This document shows positions 54,319 through 64,000 of a DNA stretch of 64,000 bases, piece after piece. The position numbers and the translations under genes are program-made. The stretch is from Epiperipatus broadwayi (lineage: Eukaryota; Animalia; Onychophora). Each line of letters starts with the position of its first letter. Positions within the stretch are counted from its first letter, which is position 1. The stretch spans positions 29,760,001 to 29,824,000 of the forward strand of contig JAQFVV010000003.1 of NCBI GenBank assembly GCA_028023455.1. Reading direction: 5' to 3'. Below the pieces are notes generated by a model. It worked only from the letters and a program-made list of their open reading frames with translations. It was not told the DNA's origin and made no database searches.

Positions 54319-57300
54319 TTATCAACTCCCACCTACCCAGCATTATAGAATAGGAAATTCTAAAAGAAAATATTCATGTTTATATTAAAAATGCTTATTC
54401 CATTAAACAAGTTCTTAGAATCTCATCACTATACCTAACCACATAAGAGTATAACAATTGTACTGTCATAAGAAAATCTAGCCAGATGACAAATAGAACA
54501 TTATACAATCATATTATTGTACAATTTATTCATTTATCTATCCTTTATTAGTATGTAATCACTATTTATTGTTAATAAAATTTTTGTTGAAATGAAAAAT
54601 AACAATTATAAGAAAATATATATATATATAAGTTTTGTGAGCTTGAGTTATCAAAGAATAATTACAAATAAATTAGAGAGGGTTAGAGAATCAATTATAG
54701 GCATTATGTTTAGGCTTAAATATTAAAATTTAAATATCTACATTTAAATTAATATTAATTTTAGAAATATAGGGCTATTAAATAATAGGATTTAAGTGTA
54801 AGACAAGATCTGGAGTCTTGTCAGTTCATAAGACTCATTACCTCATAATTCCCTGGAGCGATACAGAGACAGGACTATAGCAGAGGCATAGCTAGGAAAC
54901 AGGATTTGGAGAGAAAGGCAGCAATGTTCCCTTCCTACTTGTTTTTCATTTTCAGATTCAAAATTGGTGGAGTGACTGGTGGAAACTCTATTAAAAACCT
55001 TTTTTTCTTATTCCAAAACCCCCCTATATATACTCTAGCATTTAAACTATTTGCTGCCTGAAGCAATATTCTAAATCACATCCTGCCTTGGACAAAATAA
55101 ACATACATTAATTTATATTTTTAGAAAATTCAAACCTCGATAAGAATCAATGGTTTATTTTTGGCCAATTGTTTATTTCCAACATTCATTTAAACAATGT
55201 AGAACCTCCATTAATGGATGGGTTAATGGAAATTCCAAAGTATTTGATTTTTATTCTTTAAATTTTTAATATATTTACAATGTGTTTCCGCATTGACTTT
55301 TATTTTAAAAATCCTTATCAAGGCAAACATCTTTTGGAATGCCATCTTGGATTCTAATAAATAATAAAACAAACATATATATATATATATAAAAGTAAGA
55401 AAACTTCTGTTCAAATTTTCTTATTAAAATGCATTATTTTGTTATATATCTTAAAGAAAAAAACAATATTATATATATTTGAAATAAATTATAACTGTTA
55501 ATTAAAGTGATTATGATATAAATATATTACTATTACCAATACAAGAAAAAAACATTTATATAAAACACATTTATATATACAGATTTTTTTTTTTACATTT
55601 TACATACATGGGTTGAAATCAAACCCTATTAGTAGGTGGATAAGTGAAATAAACTGTGAAATGGAAATCTGAATCAGATTTACCATTTCAATAACAAAAT
55701 CCTATCTATCTCTGCTATTATCTTTAGGGAATAATTTTTTGTGTTGCTTGCTGTTTACTCCACACAAGAGAGAAGGAATAAGACAAAATTACAAGACAAA
55801 ATTTTGTAGTCTGATTGCAAAATAATTTTCTATTAAAATTTACATCTCACTTATTGGTCATGTTTATAAAGTGACAGATTCAGGCTATCAATTATTCATC
55901 GAGCCACAGATTGGGATGCCAATTGTAACAATGTAAAGTTATTAGAAAGAATGCCCTGTACATTTGGTATCAATTTGTAACAATATGTGGGATGTTCAAA
56001 AATATGAAGTTGATTCTAATCTGTACCAAAATTCTTCATATAAATAATGAGACTTTTATATTGCTTAAATTTTATTTCTACCTCTATGTATGAAAAAGCC
56101 TTTACTGTAGAAAAAATTCATATATAAATTAAGAATGTGAAAACAAGGCTTGACAATAATATATTGAGAAATCAAATGGCAATTTTTATGAGTTTCAAAA
56201 TATATTCAAAGAATTAAATAATTTATAATTTCAGGTAAATCTAATACAAATTAAACCTGACGTGATTGAAGCTAGTCTTAATAAGTGAACATAGGGAAAT
56301 AAAACAATGACAAAATAAATTAATAAGAAATTATCCATATTTTATTTACAAGTATTAAAAAAGAAATTAAAGAAGGAAATGATAAATCAGTCAGATTTTA
56401 ACAACTTTGATTATTTATAAAAGTATTAGTCCATAAATTTATTTACAAAAAGAATTAAAATAAATATCAAAATAGATCTCATAAATTGAATATGGTAAGT
56501 TATTTCTTTTTGTTTTAATCCTTTGTTTGTTTTGCTGCAAAAAACATATATAAATGTAGACTAACTGTCTATCCATTCTCCCAAACACTATTGATGTGCA
56601 TGTGTACATAAAACAATGTTATATTCAAAAATTTTAAATTACCTGACTTTGTAACAGATTCTGTAGAAGTTTTAAATATTCCAAAAAATACATGCATCAT
56701 CATCATCATAATAATAAATTAAGTTCATTATTATTATTGACTAAAGTCCAAATTTTTTTCTTTTAAAGATCATATAAGAAGTTCTTTGTTTTGATTTCTA
56801 GGATTAGTGAAGTTTGACATTAAAGGCAATTGAATTTCTTTTAAGATTGTAATTTAACCTTGATGGGATTTTATTGCCATTGTGGTTTAAACAGGATATT
56901 GCAATACTTCTAAGAAATTCAAGCTTGATTATTCTGAAGAGAATTAATAATTTTTTTCCTAAGAGTTTTCCTTTAGTAACAGTAGATTGCTTTTATTTTT
57001 AATTACAACTTTCTTTAATTTTAATTTCTCCCAGAAATTTTATTATAGGATTATTGTTACAATTATAATTACTTTACTGAGTAGAGATAGGATCTCATTG
57101 AATGCATAGACATAGCTTTGGAAAGTATCAAGCAATCAGATCCTTTCTAATTTTGTCAGCCTATTTAGCCAGTCATTTAGAACACTATGAAAGAAAACAT
57201 CTGAAGTTTACAGCAATTGGTTTAAGAAGTAAGAAAACATTTTTTTCTATCATATATTAGCATATTTTTCTATTATGTGTTCATGTAGACATTGTTGTAA

Positions 57301-57433
57301 TGATTTTAGAATAAGTGATATAATATAGTATTTTATTGCTTTTATATAAATTTTGTAGAGAAATTCACCTCCAAAATTAATATTTACAACTCCAGAGATT
57401 AAGTGAAAATAATTTTTCTAAGAAAAATTAATA

Positions 57434-57787
57434 CATTGTACAGGCTTAAACCTGCAATTTATATGTAATATATGCGGGATTCGAACTCAGACTTTTACAC
57501 GACCCACTACTCTCAGTTCCATCTCATATTGCTGACCCACCTGATCACACACATGTTGAAAAGATAAATAATCACCAATATACGTATTTCATGCTAAACC
57601 AGCAATCATCAGTTGGTCTAGATTACTATCCCCACACATATATATATATAATCAGTGCTCAGCTTTATATTAAGATAGTCAATCTTCACACTTTAATAGA
57701 CAGGCTTCAAACTATTCCAACTCACAACTCTTCAGCCTTCCATTTCATTGTGTGTGATCAGGTGGGTCAGCAATATGAGATGGAACT
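57434..57787. mobile_element. About 350-bp composite insertion containing a TG...CA-bounded 284-bp unit (57464-57747) and a perfect 39-bp inverted repeat
   Basis: Absent from the sister LTR (about 27255) and flanked by similar CTAAGA(A/T)AAATTAA(A)TA. Inverted repeat at 57515-57553 / 57749-57787; GATTCGAAC at 57478. Confidence 0.65.
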
Positions 57788-59235
57788 AAGATAAATTAAA
57801 TAATTTTACACAAAATTAGATAAAAATTTAATACAATGAATTCCTAAGATGTGTATGTTTATTCTGATTAAATTCACACATACAGAAATAACGTAACTTA
57901 GTTTATATTAAATAAAATTTGGATTATGATTAAATTTTGCTTTGATATTTATTTATAATGCTTTAAAGTAAACATTCCAAAATAACTATGGACTAATTAG
58001 TTAATAGTCAAAATAAATAAACTAGCGTAAAAATGAGATAATGTAATATAATTTTTTTTCACACGTAAATGTAATTTAGGATATTGTTATAATATATATA
58101 GAACAGATGGATGGATAACTAAAGATATAATAGTGAAATTAAATTATACTAATTTATTTAATTAATTAAGAAAAAAATATATTTATAAGGTATATATTAA
58201 TAATGTGGCAAAATAATAATTTGTAATTGTATATTTTTATTAAGCATTTATTTTTTATAACAAAAATGAGTATTTAATATTCAGATAGAAGACATATCCT
58301 TATATTATTTGAATTTGGGCCCATTCAAATAACAACTTTTTTTTCCAACAAAAAAAAAATAAAAAATTTTGAAATACATTTTCCCTGAAATAAATATTGA
58401 GATAAAAACAACAATATTATATTTACAATTTTTTTAAAATTATAAATTGAGCTGCTGTATTTGTTTATAAATATTTCAGACATGCAAATATATATATATT
58501 CAAATATTAATAGCCATAAATCAATGGAAAATTTATTTTATTAGGTTAATAATTAAAAAAATTATTTTTATATAAGTTAGCTAAGAAAATAATAAAACAA
58601 AATCACATTATGTTTTATCTTCCATTTACTGTATACCAGCTGGCTAATGATTTCTGTATATTGTGTCAATCGTGTTTAAATGGTACATTTCTGAAAACGT
58701 TATTTTTCCTATTGGATGAAATGATTATATGATAAGTTAGTGACATCAGGTTCTTACTCAGCACATACTGCATAAAAATTTCGAAGCTTTATTTTTTCTA
58801 AAAAAAAATTTCAGCATATAGAATGACAAGTAATTTCAAATCTTATCGATTTAAATTAGAAATAAGGAATACTAATTTTCTAGTTATTATTAATAATAAA
58901 TTGTCATCAAAACAAACAGACAATAGAATTCAATTTCTAAAACAAGATAAGTAGCATTAATATTGTCTATCTTTATATCTTGATGGTTTTTTTTTTTTCA
59001 TTTAGTATCTGGTTACCTAACAATGCTATTATCACTTTTTTAAAATATTTTTTTGGGCAATTATTCAATCTCAATACAAAGAAAAAATGTTAACAGCATT
59101 TTTGGTTACCTAAACAAAACAAAGAAATTACATAGCATTACAACTGAAAGTATGTCAAGGCTGATAACCTTCTGATTGATCATTTTCTAATGAAATAATC
59201 TGTATATTTATTTAACTAAAAAAAATTTTTTTTTC

Positions 59236-59520
<285 letters not shown>

Positions 59521-60400
59521 TACTACCATTCACCTATTTGACAAGCCATCTACCTGTCTACTCACATACACATCTACCTATCTATCACCTCTCTTTCCAC
59601 CTCTTTGCCTACCTATCTATCTATTTATATATATATATCCATATATAAGAATAGTTAATTTTTAAGTTGAAGATAAATTAAAATTAATAATTGAAATATT
59701 TTTTATATTATAAAATGTACATATATATGCATATATATCATATCTAGATCCACTTACTATTGAAATGGTGCATATATGCTTGTTTAATTTTTTTCAATTC
59801 TGCCATCTTTCCCTTAAAATCCCAATACACATATATAATTAACACATGTTTGTGTAATTATGTATTCATATTAAAATAGAGAATAGACTAAAAGTAAACT
59901 TAAAGTAAAAATTCAAGTTAGAAGAAATAATTATTTAAAGTAAGTTAGGAGAATAATTGAAAAGAGTTTACTAATGGAATTAATCCATTAACTAAGTAAA
60001 ATTGGTGCCTTATTTTAAAATCAATTACTAAAATCTGCACTATAGTTATGGTAGAACACCTATATAGCAAGTATGCATCAAAAAGATGCTAAAGTCAAAA
60101 TTAAAACAAAGGAGACAGGAAGTAAAGATAAAATAAAGTAAGAAGTAAAAACAAGTAAGAGAAAAACTAATAGAAAAGCTATTAACTCAATAAATCCATT
60201 AAAATTCATCCCATAAATTGAAAAAACTTCCCAAGGCAAATTAAAGAATATAAAAACTCGGAAAATGCATTGTTATAGGTCTTGAAACTGTGGGTCATCT
60301 TGTCTTGATCATCATTCAATCAATCAATGAGAATATAATTTTAATAAGCTACATTCCAAAAATGATCAAGTAGTTTGATGTCAGCTTTCCCAGTGTCATC

Positions 60401-60422
60401 AGAGAGAGAGAGAGAGAGAGAG
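60401..60422. repeat. (AG)11 microsatellite
   Basis: Read directly. Confidence 0.95.
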
Positions 60423-61159
60423 ATAGAGAACAGCATCACAAAGATGAGATCCAGTGAGAGAGAGAAGTATGTCATCCTCCAGTCAGCCCAATGCAAATTG
60501 AGACATCAATCTGCTTGCCTGCCACATAACTCATTGCAATTGACAGAGGAAATGCTCCACAAAATCATAACGAGATGTTATTCATCATTATAAAATCATA
60601 ACGAGATGTTATTCATCATTATAAACCTTCACCCACCAAGCGCTTGTCCACTACACAAAAATGCCATTAAATATTTATAAAGTTCTTTTATTTTAAATAT
60701 GAAAGTATATTTAACCAACTTTATTAACCATAACTATGATTTAAATAAGCACTAGTTTCCTTTAAGTTTTACTATTTTTAGATTTCTTTTATAATATAAG
60801 TTTGCTGTGCTAAAAGAAAAATGCATTTGATATATAAAAAAAAGTTAAAATTTTATAATACATTAATTTTATGCTTAGATTTTCTCTCCCCTTCCCCCTC
60901 CCCATCGTTTTGAGTAATGCTGTTTTTCTTTGTGATTGCAATAAAAACTATTGAAAGATGACGAGTGATATTATTTTAGTTTTTTTTTTTTTTTTTTACA
61001 AAATATCTCATATTGAATTTATAATAAATAAATAAGTAATTTGATTTATTACTCAAATTATTTTTTGAGAACAACAATCCATGTTCTCAAAATATATATG
61101 TATGTAAGATCGCTCTATATATGTAAAACTAAGAGGGAATCACAATTTATAATTTATGA

Positions 61160-62297
61160 ATTTAATATGATAGAAACCGGATCAAAGATTGCTGATTATG
61201 GGTTGGCCTTTCCCTTATTATAATAGACTTAGCTGGATTAATAAGCTATAAATATGGTTAGCTGAGCTAAAGTTCTTATAAATTTATATGTCATTATATA
61301 GGGATATGTGCATTATAATTATAGATTATTTCATTATATAAATTTAGCATAGGCGTAACTTAGCTTAGTATTATATTTTATTGTGTGCATTGTCAGGAAC
61401 TATCTAAAATATTTCATTAAATTATACGATTCATTCATATTAGTTTATGCAGAGCATCCAGTACCTGCTATATATATATTATATGTGCCTGGTGAGTCTT
61501 TGTAATAATTAAAAATATATATAAATATATTCACCGGACTAGATAAAGCTGTAGGACAGCAGATCCTAGCCCCTAAATCCTACTTTCTTCATATGATGAG
61601 CCTATTGTTAAAAGCAGGAACAACCACTGTAGCTATTCCATGAATCATATGTCCAGATCGCAAAGCTGATCCCACTGCTTGATAGCCATTGATCTGCACA
61701 TAATTAATGCAGTCCACAATTTTTGTTTATTCCTTTCTATTATGTATACACTTATGTATCTAGCCATAACCCTAGGCTACATTATATCTAGCTCAGATAC
61801 CAAAAGGTCCCTAGAAAAAAAATTAATGTTGACCCATATGGTATGATAAATATTCTCATTATAACCCTGGGGATAAATAATTCAACATCCTTATTTTTAT
61901 TAGTTATGAATATCACTGTCATCCATAATTCTATATATCTATAAAGTCCAATAAACAGCCGTTAACTTTAGTGTGTATATAAGCAAGTCACTTTGTTAAT
62001 TTATAATTATTAATAAATATTAATTTATAGAATTTATTTATTGTCCGTCTCATTGCTGATTGGAATCATATAATTAAGATTAAATAATAATTAAGTTGTT
62101 GTCTGTGTATATTCCTGAGCTGAGTAGAGCTATATAAGAAGTGGAAACTATGTGACATCAAGGGTATTAATTAGGTAGTAGAGACTAGAAAGTCTAGGCC
62201 GGGGTTTAAACTAGGATTGTGGGAGTAGCAATACCCCTCTGCATTTTGGTTGAGAATGCCTGCTTGTTAGCAAAATTATACACGTTTGACCATTACA
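61160..62297 (+). mobile_element. Probable LTR remnant; 3' end at 62297, 5' boundary unresolved
   Basis: The end CTTGTTAGCAAAATTATACACGTTTGACCATTACA resembles the family C LTR end CTTGTTGGATAAACATACATTTTTAGACCAGTACA. TATATAAG lies at about 62131. Confidence 0.45.
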
Positions 62298-63095
62298 CTA
62301 TTTATATATTACTAAAATCATTTGATGTACAAATTTAAGACAAGTAGTAAATAATTTGAATGTTATACACATATGTGTGTGCATATGTATTTTATTTATG
62401 ACCATCTATCATTTATATATATTTATCAATCATAATTTAAACAATGTTTCATGTAATGAATAATATTTATGTGATATTTGTAAATAAATCTAAATCACAT
62501 ATTATAATCTATTTGTATTATGGAAGAACATTTGTCAGACCTTTAATTTCATTTTTTAATTATCAATACTGCTAATTAATTAATAAAAATTATTAATCAT
62601 TATTTTGTTATGTTACAATGAATTTATTTATTAGTGAATTCAATATTTTGTCATTTGCTTTCATATGCATACGTTTATCAGATGCATTGTTATCCATGTA
62701 GCTAGCACTAGTCAATAGTGAAATTTGATGTATGTATATGTTAATTCTATATAATTCTTTTTAAAATTATGTAGATAATGTCTAAAGGATAAGAGTTTTT
62801 CTATAAATTAATTTTATAGCTTTTCCAAGAATCACCTCATCACATATGCTATCACATATGTTATTGCTGATAACTTACCCATGTAGTGCTTAGTTTTATA
62901 GGATAGTTTTTTTGTGTGTGTTTTAGGATATTAAAAGAGTAATGGACCTAAAAATAAAATAAAAAGTCATTATTTTGATAAATTAAAATAGAATAGTTTT
63001 ACTCAACTTAATTATTAGGCGCTTAAATGTCACATGACTTCCTGAGTATGGTTATTATTATTAAAAAAAGATTTTTTTCCTCAAAAAATTAGTAC

Positions 63096-64000
63096 TGTGC
63101 CAGTCAAAACATGCTTATCCATCTAACATGAGCTGGAACTCACAAAATGTACTTCAAACCCAGTCAAGCCCGAGATTTAGGTCAGGGACCAGCCTGGATT
63201 CGAACCCACTCTCCAAGCACCAGATCTAACACCCAATGGATAACATAACAATGGTAGCACACGAGATTTAATTCTTCATCCGGCCCACTAGCAAATCGGA
63301 GAAAACAATAAGACTCATGGACTTAAACATATATATAAACAACGTAAATACTAGACATTCCACAGATAAAATCTAACATATTTAAATAATAGGGGCTTTA
63401 CTAATGAATACTTATGGGCAATTAGTGAATTGGATTGATTTAATAATGAGACAGAAACTGATATATGATGAATTAAAATATATTTATTGACAATTGTTGT
63501 TGGCAAATGCACGCAGGCATTTTATTTATAAAGTAACATTACTCTAGGCCAATAATTGATACGTTGGCTATTATTTAATTGCTCCAATATTATTTAATGG
63601 AAACAAATACCCTACTATATAACTAATCACTACATTAACTTTTACCAGTTATGCCCTTTCATCATCAGTTCGTGTGGCTATTGTACGTGAAATCAAACCA
63701 AGTCTGGAGTGAAGCTTAATAATACGTCTTAATTATAATAAATTTATATTAACTATGGGCTTTTAAAGCGTCCCAGATAGCTTTAGATCGAACGGGTTTT
63801 CAAGAATGCTTCGGATCAACGCCGAAGACTGCATATTAGGGAGGAAAGAGTTGGCTATAACGATTTTACTAATACGCTAGGCACAAGTAAAGTATAATAA
63901 TAAAGTGGCTCTGCGGATGGAAGAATAGTTTTAGGGTTTTTGTGACAAACAACGGTTTACCCAAGAACCGGTCGTCATGCTGCTAATGGGGAACCTTTAT
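63096..64000 (-). mobile_element. Young (CpG-rich) LTR related to B/C, truncated by the window end
   Basis: Starts TGTGCCAGTCAAAACATGCTTATCC, similar to TGTACCAGTC..AAAATGTA..TTTATCC. Many CpGs are intact. Confidence 0.6.

Larger units (their letters stand above)
48327..54594 (+). mobile_element. Full-length L1/Tx1-like non-LTR retrotransposon (6.27 kb)
   Basis: 16-bp TSD AAAAATAACAATTATA at 48311-48326 and 54595-54610, with a single copy at the empty site 31569-31584. The insertion is at TT|AAAA. The element has two ORFs and an AATAAA at 54574. Confidence 0.95.
29674..55690 (-). mobile_element. Ty3/Gypsy-type element C, internally deleted, with about 3.0-kb LTRs interrupted by younger insertions
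   Basis: TSD ATAA at 29670-29673 and 55691-55694. The 5' LTR runs 55690 to 46393 and the 3' LTR 44137 to 29674, colinear once inserts are removed. PBS at 46373-46356; PPT AAGTGGGAAAGTG at 44150-44138 abuts the TG. Confidence 0.88.
23585..58091 (-). mobile_element. Old Ty3/Gypsy element F, outermost member of the nest
   Basis: Homologous LTRs at 23585 to about 27562 and 55976-58091 (TGTAAC...GTTA(C/T)A), with ATAT flanks at 23581-23584 and 58092-58095. The minus strand shows a PPT-like AAAGGGGAAA at about 27579-27570, an integrase tail FKLYDGQYKIIKMI.ENAFTIDTP..IYNAHSLK at about 27915-27800, and a coiled-coil gag-like remnant at about 29480-29000. Confidence 0.7.

Noticed and set aside
55957-55975. 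tRNA-Met PBS (TGGTATCA) on the + strand
   Set aside because: It has the wrong orientation and side relative to element F. The minus strand is at best a heavily decayed Lys-type PBS, too weak to call.
59757-59770. CTAT|TGAAATGG as the 5' boundary of the LTR ending at 62297 (TSD CTAT)
   Set aside because: An equally good CTAT|TG occurs at 60948-60953 and the intervening sequence looks unrelated, so the boundary is left unresolved.
59970-60290. RTE-like RT fragment (DAKVKIKTKE..IK*EVK)
   Set aside because: Too short and decayed, with no QG or YADD motif recoverable.

Overview
This is very AT-rich, CpG-depleted animal genomic DNA; the species cannot be determined from the sequence. The only host gene found is the 5' part of AMT (glycine cleavage system T protein) on the + strand. 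It has a probable mitochondrial-presequence exon at 3251-3337 inside a CpG-retaining promoter region and a strongly conserved exon at 7378-7764. No further AMT exon was found, so 7765-64000 appears to be one intron of more than 56 kb filled with transposable elements. A decayed Ty3/Gypsy element A (14107-23102) carries a fold-back inversion, a solo LTR and an RTE fragment. A 34.5-kb nest of LTR elements (F 23585-58091, containing C 29674-55690, containing D, B2, E and a full-length L1/Tx1-like LINE) can be resolved by target-site duplications (TSDs) and by empty sites in the sister LTRs. There are also several MITE/TIR elements, an 84-bp minisatellite and microsatellites. The most unusual signals are: a non-coding LTR element whose primer-binding site (PBS) is a 56-nt complement of tRNA-Lys(CUU); a B-box-like 9-mer recurring in several LTR families; sequence-divergent but structurally conserved hairpins at LTR termini; and a 540-nt stretch nearly devoid of C on one strand. 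All alignments were done by eye, reference sequences were recalled from memory, and no database searches were run.
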